Positions 38,401-51,557 of a stretch of DNA of 64,000 bases are shown one piece after another. The notes beneath the pieces are model-generated. The model ran no database searches. It was not told the DNA's origin and saw only the letters and a program-made list of their open reading frames with translations. The stretch's first letter is position 1. The number at the start of each line of letters is the position of its first letter. The position numbers and the translations under genes are program-made. Origin of the DNA: Mytilus trossulus (lineage: Eukaryota); contig NC_086378.1 in NCBI RefSeq assembly GCF_036588685.1, positions 54,374,001-54,438,000 of the forward strand. The letters are read 5' to 3'.

Positions 38401-41400
38401 CTTTAATTTTTTTTTTGCCTGAGCTGTATTCGACAAATTTTTTGAAGTTAAGGTCATCAGTGCTTTTTAACTTCGTATCTTTATGTGGCCTATTTTTCTT
38501 TTTTTATTTGAGGGACAATGTTGGAACTTTTGTAGATGAAATTCGTATCTAGCTTAAGCCTTGTATCTATAATGCGTTTATGGCTAACTATCTATCTTAT
38601 TGCTATTACAATGCATGTTAATTGTCATAAATGATTAACCCATTGGACTCATTGATTATTTTACGTTAAAAAAACTTTATTTTTAATGAAATATGGCTAT
38701 GTTGTACATGTTGGTATCCCTTTACTATAACCTCAAATGTTATAGGGCAATCAAGACAAAGCTTGTACAAAAAAAAAAAGAAAATAGACACTTGGTTTGG
38801 TACAAGACATATCCTTAACCATAAAACAAAATCTCTAGTCATTTACTGTGTAATAAATTACAGAAGTATGTCTGTAATGATCGCGTAACAATGATTTGCA
38901 TCAAATAAAGAATAATATCACATCGTTATTAGATATACAAATCAGCTTACACGACAAAAAGTCAAAACTACAAAACTTTAATTGCATATCTTTACAGTAA
39001 ATTTGTTTTTCATAATAGATAACTCTATATGATTATATTTAAGATTTATCACATACGATATTATAATATGACCTTCCAATATTAGAATTTGAAATAAAAA
39101 CTTGAAGAAATTTCTTATTTAAGCATAGTCTGATATTGCGTTTTTTTCACGACAAAATCACAACATTCTTTGGTATATATGTTAAGAGAATATATCAAGA
39201 AACTGATATAGGTTTCATTATGCCTTTATTTAATATGAAAACTATCTAATATTTACTAGTTGCTTCTTTGAAAATAATTTAATGATCAAGGGGACACAAT
39301 CCAAAATACTGTTTGTAACACTGTGAACTAATTACTTATATTTTGAAGAGAAATCAAACTTTTAAAAATCTACTATTTCAAGAGTCCAAAATAGTTTACT
39401 TTTCTATTCAACACAAATTAAGATAGTTTGTGGGTAATAAAACAATTCTGTGTATTTTCCTTAAGACTTTAACTATATTATATATATTGAGAGTCTGTTT
39501 ATTTAGTATAATATACTTAACTCGTACCTTCCAAAATTACCATAATGTTTTGACTGTTTCATGGAGTCTTATTGTGCTGTGATGCCCATAAATAAAATTG
39601 ACACTTTTTACATGAATCTAAATGAACCGGTTTATACATCTAAGTAAACTCCGAAACCATGTTTTTTTAAATAATGTATTCATTCATTACGGGTAGTTTT
39701 AGAAAGTAGGATATACATCATGACAGTACAGATGCATTAACTACTGACCTGATGATCGATATCATCGCAGACCCTAAAGTTTCATTTAACTTGCTTCCTA
39801 AACACTTGATATCGAGACAACCCATTGACAGATAATCTTAAACCTAATTCGTGGTAAATTCTAAATTGAAATCGCATTTCTACCACATTTGACATAAATA
39901 ATGTTCATTTATTACTTGTTTGGCTTTATAACGATTTTGATCTGAGAGCGTCACTGATGTCTTCTGTGGACAAAACGCCCGGCTTGCGTATTAGATTATA
40001 ATCCTGGTACCTTTGATAACTATAACTAAAATACAACAAATAATATCATGGGTGTGATTTTACTTAACTGAAATATCATGTTTTGTAGTAGGTAATGAAG
40101 GAAGTAGTTGCAGTTTGGTATTTAAAACAGCAGCATGGTATTTAAAAAGGTGCCATAAAGTAATTCATTAAAAGCAAAATTAATTTATTTCGAGTGTTGC
40201 AAGCTAGCAAGGTATATTGTTCAAAATGTAGTTAATGTTTCTTCGATAATGCATGGAGCCTTCTGTAAAAAACATTCGATGCCTTCAAAATGATAAAAAA
40301 AGGGAATGTGATCGATTTTAAAAATTCTCAGGAAGTCTTATTCACTGCTTCAGTTAACTTTTTTCAAACAGCTGTTCGGAAGAGTGTCGTTTACATAGAA
40401 GACGTGTTTAAGCAAGCCAACCGATGCATATACATTTTCTGAAACAATTAAAAAAAAAAAAAAATATTTACAACTCTCTTAATTGATTTTTTTTTCATTT
40501 CATAGCTAAATACATCAACGACAGTCGAGTTTGTTAAGGTATTGGATGCAATGGGACAAATCAAACGGAAGTTAACGAGAGCAGTGTTGAAGGATACAGT
40601 CACTGTTCCTGATGGGGGATACACAATCATACGATTCAAGGCAACTAATCCAGGTTAAAGTCATTTCAATTTTCTTATTACCACGCTTGACAGAAGCGTG
40701 GAAATACATTTGATTTTATATAGCACATAAGATCTGATTAAGGATCTCAATAGTTTTGTGTTTGGAAGGTATGAACATCGCTTCATGATAACTTTAATTT
40801 TGATTGGTTAATTTTGCATGGATAAAACCATTCAAACAACAACTCAACAGCAAATTGCAAAAGATAACTAGAGATGCTCTATTGACGGCAAACAACAGGA
40901 CACAAACAAGATGTTAAAACGACAAGACTGAAAGTACTAAAGGGTAAAAATAAACTGACACCGTCATGGCTATAAAAGTAAATCAACAAACAGACAAACA
41001 ATAGTGAACAAAAAACAAAAGAGACAAATAAGATCTGATTAAGGATCTCAATAGTTTTGTGTTTGGAAGGTATGAACATCGCTTCATGATAACTTTAATT
41101 TTGATTGGTTAATTTTGCATGGATAAAACCATTCAAACAACAACTCAACAGCAAATTGCAAAAGATAACTAGAGATGCTCTATTGACGGCAAACAACAGG
41201 ACACAAACAAGATGTTAAAACGACAAGACTGAAAGTACTAAAGGGTAAAAATAAACTGACACCGTCATGGCTATAAAAGTAAATCAACAAACAGACAAAC
41301 AATAGTGAACAAAAAACAAAAGAGACAAATAAAGATAGAACAATTCGAACTCATCCAAAAACGTAAGAAATTTGCTACGATGTGGCGGTTTTGGACTAGT

Positions 41401-41894
41401 GTTTGATTACATTACCTTACCTCAGTTTTTTCACATAGACCAAAGAAATACGAACAAATAAAAAGTGTTCAGAAAATGACTTTCACATCGATATTCATGA
41501 TGTTCGTTTATCTGATATCAATCTAATCTGATATTATTCAAAATAGCTATGTACTGACAATGAAATATGTTAAAAGGTCTTAGACTATCATTATAATTCA
41601 ATTTCATTGGTTTCAGGTTTTTGGTTGTTTCACTGTCATATAGCTTTTCACATGGCAATGGGTATGACGTTAGTCATTCAAGTTGGCGAAACACACCAAA
41701 TGCCAAAACCTCCAAAACGTTTTCCAAAATGTGGCGATTGGACTCCAGAATCATTGGACGATGAAGTCACTGAAGAATTTAAATCATGTCCACAATTACC
41801 AACGTCTGTAGCGACATCTACAACAACTGTTGCCACGACAACGAAAGCACTTACAACAGTAATTGTCTTGCTAGTTCGCTGCCTGCTTAGCTAG
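23421..41894 (+). CDS. Multicopper oxidase / laccase-like gene (3 cupredoxin domains), 9 coding exons, ~754 aa: join(23421..23496,32762..32982,33693..33859,34436..34686,35040..35668,36295..36597,37559..37750,40506..40653,41617..41894)
   Basis: Manual splice reconstruction: all introns GT..AG, phases match (1,0,2,1,0,0,0,1), total 2265 nt is divisible by 3. The four canonical Cu motifs occur in order: [27 protein letters not shown]. Confidence 0.93.
26651..27217 (+). mobile_element. Non-autonomous Mutator-like (MULE) derivative with ~110-130-bp TIRs and a FLYWCH-like transposase remnant
   Basis: Inverted arms rich in GCGCGCA and AGGTAAACTC; imperfect 9-bp TSD aggtaaaga/agacaaaga; internal frame [27 protein letters not shown]. 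Confidence 0.65.
28571..30056. mobile_element. Non-autonomous DNA transposon with ~26-bp imperfect TIRs (…CATTTCGCCTTAGCTG) and perfect 8-bp TSD GTTGAAAG
   Basis: TSD at 28563-70 and 30057-64; subterminal GCCTTAG motifs; splits an interspersed repeat that resumes after 30064. Confidence 0.75.
28995..29742 (+). mobile_element. Decayed non-LTR retrotransposon (LINE) ORF2 fragment, region leading into the RT domain
   Basis: Frameshifted translation: KEYWKLLN...[29 protein letters not shown]...[15 protein letters not shown]...IKPVY...[17 protein letters not shown]...[18 protein letters not shown]. Confidence 0.88.
31360..31512. repeat. Degenerate GAACC-rich tandem repeat
   Basis: Recurrent gaacca / aacccagatggaacc units. 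Confidence 0.6.
32762..32982 (+). CDS. Laccase exon 2: Cys-rich N-terminal region (HPCNREC...CYDCP...CVSADG) and start of domain 1 ([11 protein letters not shown])
   Basis: Acceptor tatAG 32760-61, donor GTAAGT 32983. The C-x-R-x-C Cys-rich motif is typical of invertebrate laccases. Confidence 0.92.
33693..33859 (+). CDS. Laccase exon 3: [13 protein letters not shown]...[26 protein letters not shown] (L1 Cu motif); not in the ORF track
   Basis: Translated by hand. Acceptor aaAG 33691-92, donor GTAATT 33860; HWHG and MDG motifs present. Confidence 0.95.
34436..34686 (+). CDS. Laccase exon 4: [25 protein letters not shown] (L2 motif)...SILING
   Basis: Acceptor ttcAG 34434-35, donor GTAAAT 34687; GTHFWHAH motif. 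Confidence 0.95.
35040..35668 (+). CDS. Laccase exon 5: domain 2 ([12 protein letters not shown]...DG...GERYDFVL...NYWIRA) preceded by a His/Met-rich insert
   Basis: Acceptor cacAG 35038-39, donor GTATGT 35669; lies within ORF 35024..35701. Confidence 0.95.
36295..36597 (+). CDS. Laccase exon 6 (domain 2/3 linker and start of domain 3; second His/Met patch)
   Basis: Acceptor gtAG 36293-94, donor GTAAGT 36598, 101 codons; QLNHISF..PPSPPL motif. Confidence 0.92.
37245..37480 (+). repeat. Interspersed repeat family B (GAGCGTCACTGATGAGTCTT..GTAGACGAAACGCGC); copies at ~6530-6680, 38430-38540, 39910-40025, 46555-46630, 48660-48850(-)
   Basis: Shared core motif in several locations. Confidence 0.8.
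37559..37750 (+). CDS. Laccase exon 7 (C..C..CQCTH; [11 protein letters not shown]3 motif)
   Basis: Acceptor tacAG 37557-58, donor GTAAGA 37751. Confidence 0.95.
40506..40653 (+). CDS. Laccase exon 8 (LNTSTT...[22 protein letters not shown]); not in the ORF track on this strand
   Basis: Translated by hand. Acceptor catAG 40504-05, donor GTTAAA 40654; KDTV..P.GGY...RF.A.NPG motif. Confidence 0.93.
40727..41331. repeat. Apparently exact 301-bp tandem duplication in the last laccase intron
   Basis: ataagatctgattaaggatctc...gagacaa starts at 40727 and again at 41028. Confidence 0.93.
41617..41894 (+). CDS. Laccase last coding exon ([18 protein letters not shown]4 motif with Met axial ligand; Thr-rich then hydrophobic tail; TAG)
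   Basis: Acceptor ttcAG 41615-16; stop at 41892-94. Confidence 0.95.
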
Positions 41895-44800
41895 CGCTTT
41901 TTAAACACTAACTTACTAAAGAACTGTCCATTGAAATCCTAATGCTACTAAAATCCATGTCTGTGCAATGTGTCTTTAAAAGAGTATTTTTGATTAATTT
42001 ACTTATACATGATTATAGTTTATGTCTGTTTGAATGTGAAATCCTTTATATGTTTATACTAAATCTATGTTTATACATTAACATGCTTATTAAAATGTCT
42101 TGTTGCTATATGTGTGTGATGTCTTTGTCTAAGTCTTTAGAAAACATTTCATATAAATCATATCGATCACTCTAAATATCATTTATGTTACAAAAGTATT
42201 TCATGTTGCCCCTTGATTAATATACGTATATCGGGAACCTTAAAGAAAAACAAGCAAAGCTGTCAAACATACGTACTCTGTTATAACCTTTTACCACAGA
42301 AGATCTTAAGTACTTTTATTGTTGGTGTTTTTCGAACAAGATGCACTATAATGAGTTAATCCTTTCCTTTCGGGGATATTAATCCTATACTTTAAGGGTG
42401 TTAACATGTTGCATTCAAGGCAAATAACTATTTGTAATTCAATCAAACATGTAACAAATATTTTATCAGAGGAGAATAATGTTATAGAAGTAGGCGACAT
42501 CTGAAGTCATTACGAATGATAAGAGAATATTAACACAACTACTTTGCATCAACACCACGAAGAAAACCGAACATTACACAATTTGAATTAGTAAAAATAA
42601 CGGGAATGGCAGCAGTAATCTAACGAATTAATATTAGGAACCTCATGGAATTCTTCCCCATAAACAGCAACAAATTAAAAGTGATAATGATATTGATAAC
42701 CCATTCTATTGAATATCATGAAACTGATTTAATTCTTACAATTCTTTTGAATTTAAAACAGTTACAAGCAATACATGGTACAAGAATATGAATTTACGGT
42801 TGAGTATGCGTAATTCTTTCTAGAAAACAAAATAAATAGAAGGAGCTTATTTTGGGCTATACTATATTTATATTTTCTATATCAAAACTTTTGATATCAA
42901 GGTTGCATTCATACATTATACATAATCAGTTTAATCTATGTGTCTTTAACTAACGTCAGTGCATATGATAAAATCATTTAACAAAAACGATACATCTTTA
43001 TTAACTAATATTGCTGTAAGGCATCCCTTTATATATCTCTATAATTAGTCGTATGAATAACATTGAAATGTATATGGTAATGACTGATAGACATTAGAAT
43101 ATTTGAACATTAAGGTATTAAAATTCGGAATATATGTGCATACATGTATATGCGAACAATATAATAAATATACATTCATGTTTAATCCATTGAATTAATA
43201 TCTAGGTTTGGGAATAGCATACTGCTAGTACTAAGTTTTTAAGATGTTTCACTACAAAACTATATATACCTGGTATCTATGATAAGTCCGGAGGAGCGAC
43301 ATAGCTTTTGCATTAATTTTATCTGCCGTATACTGCATTTTTTAAATGGATGATGGACCATGTTCATGTTGGCTATCTAACGAGTACCAGATATTAATAT
43401 CTCACTTGAAATTTGCTAAATGTTATTCAAAATGTATCTTAATATCTTAATGTATATTAGATAGACCAGATACACACATTACATATAAGTTGTATGGCTT
43501 CTCTGTTCGTTTCTTCTAACTGTTACTTGACTGTATTGAGTATCGATATTCTTGTTTAACAGCATAATTTCAATGGCGCAACTAACATTTATGTACATGA
43601 ATTGAATGATATATATTGTGTCGTGCTGTTTGTCTTGTTCTTATCTAAATAGCTGTTAAAAAGATAATATATAATATTTCCCCCTTGCAAACTGAATACA
43701 ATGAATAGATAAAAGTTCAAATTCACGTTAATATTGAATTGCACGTGTTCATTCTTAAACTAGTATTATAATCATTTCTATGAATTATTGGATGTACGTT
43801 TATCCGGAAAAGAGGTTAAGTATCAAGGACTATATGTTTTAAAGTATTTTTTTATTTTTCCTTTACTGTTTTGTTTCTTATAGTACTCCGTTTTTATTTC
43901 TTTCATATAGTTCTCTTTTATTTCATCAAGTACTTTTTTTTGTTTATTTCTTACTGTATACTATATGTCTCATTCTATTCTGCTTTTTCTATATTTCTAA
44001 GTTTTTCTTTACCTTCTTTACAGCTACCATCGGATAATCAACAATACTTGGGTGGTCTTTCACAGACACGTGACGTTGAAGGCAGCTCCGTTACACTTCA
44101 TTATGTTCTTCTTTTATGGATGACTGGTAAAAAATCGAACAACACAACTCCAACTTTAAATACGCCAAAACCCAATCGTTTAAACAATTATGGCCATTTC
44201 CCAATTCAAGTCAGCAATGGCGCCAAAAAGTTTCTTCCAAAACCTGCATATAATATACATGCTTTACGTAATATTCCTGACATTCCAATTCATCTCGCTG
44301 GACGTGCTCGGACTACTCTTCAGGAACTATTACAATATGCTAAACCACTTGACATGCGCAAACCTTTAAGAACGAGAGGAAGATCGTTAAAACGATTGAG
44401 ACATAAGACAATTCTTGGAAAAAAGTTATCAAATATTTTGAAGAAGCAACAGCTAAGAAGACTACATAGGTGATTTTAACATCACAAATACGATACACTG
44501 TTGAAATCCACCAATTCCTTGGTCTCCGCTTTCATCCCAGATATTAAACATGGGTGATTTTTTTACAGCGAAAAAAGATCTTTACACATTGGATATTTGT
44601 GTAGTTAGTTTTACTGACAATAGCCAGATATGGTTGTTAACGCTGGTTCACTTCGTGCTTTAGCATTGTTTATAGCTGGGAAACAGTCAATGATATTGAT
44701 TAACTGAAACGCAGACACATACCACACTTTTGGGTGTGAAGAACGAGTATTACCTGTACTCCTTGGAATAATAGATACATTTTGTCGAACCTGTTTGCAT

Positions 44801-47800
44801 TTATAGATATTTCAACCGATAGGAAAACGAAACTAATGCATAGTTTTCATGTCAATTTTAATTCTTGCACTTTATTGTTTTCATTAATGTCCATAGTTTT
44901 CCCATGGTATCACATATGTATTAAAGCAATACGTTTTGGATTCTTTAATAAAAAATAATAATAAAACTATCATTCACAATTGAAACGATAAAAACATAGT
45001 TTATAGTCACATAAAGAAATATATGTATTGTTGTATGAAACTCATCTTTTTAAATTTGAGAAACTTCCGACTTTCACAATGGCAATCAAAAGCTATTTCA
45101 TGAGGACAAAATAATGACTATTTTTTTTTATTTTTTCTATCAATCTATCTCTTACATTTGATTTCAAAGTATTTCTTTTTTAATTAGCTTATTTGATTGG
45201 TTAATTTATTTCTGTCCCTTTTTTTTAAGAATGATTTTTTTTTCTGACGGCGATTAAGAGAAGAATTTCTGAAGTAAACACCAAACTGTGGTTTCTGCAT
45301 ATCATTTATTCTTGTAAATTAAGTAACCAAAAAACCGGTACAAATTTTAAGAAAGCATTATTTAAGATAAAAACAATCAGTGTATTGCCACAGTTATTGA
45401 ATAGTTATATATTTTTAAAAATAATTATGTATGTATGTTAACCATTTTGTCATTTGTAACAAAGTTCATTGTTGTTTTCATGTTTTGTTGTTTAGCTTTC
45501 ATTTGATATGGACATACACAGAAAATTAAAAAATACACAAATAAAAATTTGACAATGAAACCTAAATAGAGATCTGTACTGAATATTACAAATACAAGAT
45601 TTGACATTATCTTACTTTGGGCTACAATTTGTAAAATCACTGCATGCGTTCAGATTCTTTCTCTTCCTTTGTATTTGAATTTGGTCGGAAATATATATAA
45701 AAAAAAATATTGCAACACCCAATGCATCGAAATATCGAAATAAATCAAATATCTGTATTTAAAGTATAAACGAAAAGTCCAATATACATCTGAGGATAAT
45801 TTGATCAGTTTGTGTTATATGGTGTAAAAATGGTTCATAAATTGACAATAATTTTATGTCAAGTATATGTTGATTATTATTGATTCACCTTGACAATTTT
45901 GTTATGTGAAGACAAATAAAGATTTTTGAATAACTGTTGTTTTACAATGACAATGACGCAGCATTATCTGGTGGTTTCTTTGGCATTATTTTTATACCCA
46001 ACTTACGATAGTAGAGGGCATTATGTTTTCTGGCCTGTGAATCCGTTCACTCGTTCGTTCGTTCGTTCTTCTGTCCGTCTGTACCGCTTTAGATTTAAGT
46101 TTTTGGTCAAGTTAGTTAATGATGAAGTTGATTTTTTTCTTCTAACTTTTATGCCAAATTAGAGTTTTCACCCCAATGTCACGGTCCATTGAACATTGAA
46201 AATGATAGTGCGAGTTGGGCATCCGTGTACCATGGGCACATTCTTGTTTCGTTTATTTTTGTCTGTATTTGTTTGGCTAGTAAACAAGCTTTTGATTTAA
46301 AGCGGTCAAGTTAATTTCAAACAGTTTTAAAAAGTTCTTCCAAGACTGAAAAATATATGTTTAGTCATGTTAAATATCTATTCACTTTGGTCAATTTAGT
46401 ACTGTTCAGAAAAATAGTTTGCAGTCATTTAAGATACGTTCAGCCTATGTTCAATTACTAAGTCACCTGTGCACAAACATAATGTCAAATTGTCTGAAAA
46501 GCTAATGAACAGTACTAAATTGAATGCAAGCGAATTGCCTGAATATAACTAGCATTTCATGAGCATCACTGACGAGACATGTGTTTTCGAAATGCGCATC
46601 TACTGCAGGAAAATTGGTACCGTTAATGGTATTGTATATGACTGAATGTTTTTGTTGTTTAGATCTGTATATGCTGTTCAGATCTATTATGATGTTTCTA
46701 TCAAAATAACCGTTTTATATCCAAATTAGTTAACTAGTGATACTTTATTTGATAACAAGCCAAATACTTCAAATATTGAAAAATTCGGAATGCCAAATAT
46801 TTATATATATTTTTTTTTATGTTAAGGTATAAGTAATCAACTTTATTATATATTCATGAATGCTGCATACGAGCATTGCATAAAAGGATCATAATCATTC
46901 TTCTGCACTTAATTATCGAAAACTGAATTTTTTGAATGAATCTTGAATAATCGGATGTCTACACTGCACTTGCTTACTCACTGCAACTGATAATCTAAAA
47001 GAGATAATGCAAGTTTTTTATTCATCTGTTATTTTATGTCCAGAATTCAACACAATGCAAAAGAAATACTGTTCCGAATGCGATTTTCAATTATTGTTGA
47101 AACGTAAAATTATTTATTATGTACTTACTCTTTTTTAAAAATATAGATTGTACCACAGCTTTTTGTGCGATTAAACAATTTCTACAGACAACAGTTTTAG
47201 GTTATTTATATGCGCGTTTTATACTATGACGTTGGTTTTGGCTTAGGAAAATAAGCAACCATTGGCTTAGTGCTGCGAAAACACATAAGGTAGAAAACAA
47301 CAGTATATATTCGACCCGGAGTCAATACATGCTCCATCACATGATCGCATGTGCCCCTTTTGGTTGATTCCTATGTTACATTTTTACTTTGGAGTCTTTT
47401 TTTACTTTATAAGGATGTACTTCGGTGATCTTAGGTAAAATTAAATAAATCAAGAATTTAAATGATACTTTAAGTTGGTAGCGTATTAGTTATGAATTAA
47501 CATAAGTTTAAAATATTGAAAGGTCATCGAGATCCTTTTCGAGATATTTGATTTATTAAAAATGGCGGGAAAAGGCTGACTCGCACTTACCTTATATTTG
47601 CATTGGTATTATTTGGCTCTAAAAGTAAAATAAAGAAAATCAAGAATCTGTTTAAATTTTGTCAAATGACCTTTAATGAGCTACTCAGTCTTATATTCAA
47701 AGATAAATAAGTGTTACACATACTATACTTGGAACCTATTTTATTTCGATATCCCATCCTGTTTTTTAAAAACTTCCAGTTATTAACTATTGTTGGCACT

Positions 47801-50800
47801 GAGTTGAAAAGTATAGATTTGTAGCAGGAACAGACTTTTTATTTTTGTGAATCCATTCAGTGATTTTTATTCAGTACAGGTAATTAACTTACTTATGTGG
47901 TGCTTTCGACGTATTTTTAATTCTAAATATTTCAATTACATGTTTTACATTTCTAATACTAAGTACTGGAAAAACCTATTCAATGTTATACATTGATGTG
48001 TACTCATACACAAATACTTTAATTCGGTAATAGTTTAACAAATATCCAAACTTTTATTTGATTTCAAATCAAAGGTTGCCGAACCAATAAATATACGTCT
48101 TTGTTATTACCTTGTGCCTCATTGAAATACGACAATTACATTACCAGAACCAGTTTTACTTCACTTGATTTGCATGTGTACAATAAATGTCTTTTCAGTG
48201 ATGTTCGAGGCCCAAATATTGAAACATTCTAAACTAATGGCAACAGTAGTATGTCACTGTTCAAAAGTCTTAAATCGATTGAGAGAAAAAAATCCGGGTT
48301 ACAAATTAAAACTGAGGTAAACACATCAACAGTAAGGGGCGAAACACCGAAGTGCAACAAAAAAACAAACCGACAATGCAACACACACAGAAACGAACAA
48401 TAAGATAACAAATGCCATTTTCCATTGATTTGGCACAGAAAATTATAATAATAAATGGTAGGTTTGACCTGGGTTTGCGGCAACCCAAACGTCTCGCTTT
48501 TATGACCTTGTTAAATATAACACTAAAAACAAACATTACATGACAGGACTACAGTAAATGCAAGAACATTACGGACAAAAAATAAACAAATAAACATTAC
48601 AAACGGACATTCTGACATGCTAATTGTTGCCAAATTTACCAGACCTACAATCTAATACACCATATACGCGCTTCGTCTACATAAAACCCACCAGCAACTT
48701 CCAGATCATAACAGCAAATGAAGCCAAAAACGTCCAAACTTAACGAGCACTGACGACCCAAAATTTCAAACAGTTGTGTCAAACACGACTCGTATTATTC
48801 ATACCTAGGACAAGAACATCCATAGCATTTAGAAAAATTCGTACCCAGAAAACCTACAAACATAACTATACCATTGATGTTCATGTCAACACTAAAGTGG
48901 TGACTAAAAGAGAACACGAAAAAAAAACTTAGGACAGCACAAAAAACCTGCATTGTTACACGATGATAACGCTACAAAGGTACGTAAAAGGTAAAAGTGA
49001 TGTCGCTGGTAATTTCAAAAATATTTTGATATTGTTCCAAATCAGGTTCGTAATTAAGGTATTTGATGTAAAATATAACCATAATAATTTTATTAATATA
49101 GAATTGTGTTAGTTATTAGATAATTAATTGTTTAATAAGTTATTTCGGTATTTTTCAAGTTGTCCCAATTAAAATCTTATAAATGAACTGGGTGATTAAT
49201 CATCTTAACTTTTACATACGAAAAATATTAAAACATAATAATTACAACTTTAAACGACAACACATTTATTATATCCGATCAGAATTACAAATACAACATC
49301 ATAACTAAATACATTAATATTGGATAGCAAAGTACCCTGACACGTCTTATTGTAATGCGAAATTACACTCAACAAAAGTTAAGGTTAAGGGCGTATAAAC
49401 GAAAAAAGACTGAATGTTTAACCAAAGCCAGGCAAGGAATCATAGTTTCGCGTGCAGGATATCATTTTTACATCATAGTGTTGTCAAATCGTACACTTTT
49501 GCCTAACCGGTTACTCATGCAATCGTTCGACCGATTAATCGATTAACCGGTAGTAAAAGTTGATGTTTGAAGGTCTTATCTAGAGTACCCTACATATAGA
49601 TACAAGACGATGTGCTATAAGTGTCAGTAGGACAACCATCCATCCAAGTAATAAAGTTACGTTTTTTTTATAATACGATGAATTGCAGTTTGTCCATTTT
49701 TGGGGGGCATTATGTGGCTTGTCTGTGAGGATTAATGGCGAAGTTTGACTTTAATAGTCAAATACACCGTACCAACTATTGCGTTTGTACTAACTCAGAT
49801 CTAAAATTTAAAAAAAACGTCTTGATCTCGTAGAATTGAATATATCTGAAACGTTTGTCTGACTCTTTTATTGGCTCTTGCTGTCTCCGAAAATAATGGG
49901 GAGGTTTCAATTTGAAATGATTGGGCATGTTACTCGTACTATCAAGTATACATTATTACATTCAAACTGGTTTGCATTTCACAATTTTTAAGTTAGCATT
50001 TCGTTTAAAATATGACAAAGCCTTGCACGACGGAGGTTGCACGTTAAATGTAGGTCTACACAATAGTTTATCAAAAATGAAATAATAAAGTAAAACGTAA
50101 AATGTTATTGTGTTACTGATTTAAAGTTACTGTTAAAAAACAATTTAACAGAACACAAACACATCTATTTACAACCACATTCATTGATTTGTGTGTCTGA
50201 CGTCAGAAAATTTTATACGTCTCATAATTCATTAAGTTTAAATTTAGGTTCTGTTTTTTGTGGATTGCTAAACCGGAGTATCTTTGACTATTAAGCTAAC
50301 CTGACAAAATATCTTATTAAGACTTTACCGTCTTTGGCGTTCGTCATGAAGGTTGTCTGAAAATATTAACGATTTCATTCTTTTCTTTAAACCTGTTTGC
50401 CGATTTTGAAAATATTTGGCAGGAATGTGTAGACAAAGTCCTCTACAAACCTTCCTTATTTTTTTTATTTTTTTTAGATCGAACAGCAAATATGTTCTTA
50501 TCAAACCTTGGTCTTATGATACTTTATCAATTAAAAGAACTTCTTATTGATACTAAAGACACATTTACTTCATGAAATTGAAATGTCTAAGATAAAAACA
50601 TTACATATCAGTAAATTACCGTCATAAAGGTTATTCCAGGATGTGTGTATAACATACATTTACGTTCAGAGTCTTTCGATGACTTCGTTACAGACTTAAT
50701 TCAGTATGGCTTTCCTGCAGCTACTTCCATTAAATAAAGCTCAAGTTCTACAGAAGACAATAACAATCAAAACCAAGGAGTAAACAAAGACTCACAAAAC

Positions 50801-51557
50801 CAAAGGACATTTACATCAACAGGTATAAATAATAAATAAGACACAACACGAAATACACAAATTTAAATAAAGTTCCTTACACTGTTGATCCAACCCGGGC
50901 TTATCAATATGATTACTTTGAGTAGGTTAAATATTTAAAACCTCCAGGGTAATAGGAATTTGTATAATAAGTAAACGATGAAGATTATGTATCAAACGAT
51001 GCATTTAAGATAACCATTTCGCTTTGAATAAATAAGAACAACAGTATTATACCGATGTTCAAACTAAACGGAATGGATTGGATCATAATAAAATGATTAC
51101 AGTAAAGTGGATTCATATGGCATCATTGGTGAGATTTAACAAATTAGCATATTTAAAAATCTGCCAGAATGCAAATAGTAATAGAATGTTTATCTAGATG
51201 ACGTCAAAATAATATTTTAAGTTTAAATATTCAGATTTTTTTTGGTTTTTTTTATGGATTTCATCGCATTAAAAATTAAATGAACAATCTTTGTTTCAGT
51301 TTAATCAGCTGGTACAGACATAAATCAATACGAGACAGGGAATTTAAATTTTCATTGTACAAAAACATTTAATAATGTGATCGCAGCTATTCAATGACTA
51401 TTACTCCTTTTTTTTAAAACAACAAATACTCAGCTATATAAATTACAAGAAGGTACTAATACCATCACTATTTTAATGTGTTTTATTAGCTACACATGCA
51501 TTACAGACTCTTCATATGCACGTAATTAAATTGGGATTATCTGTCAAAGGCAATAAA

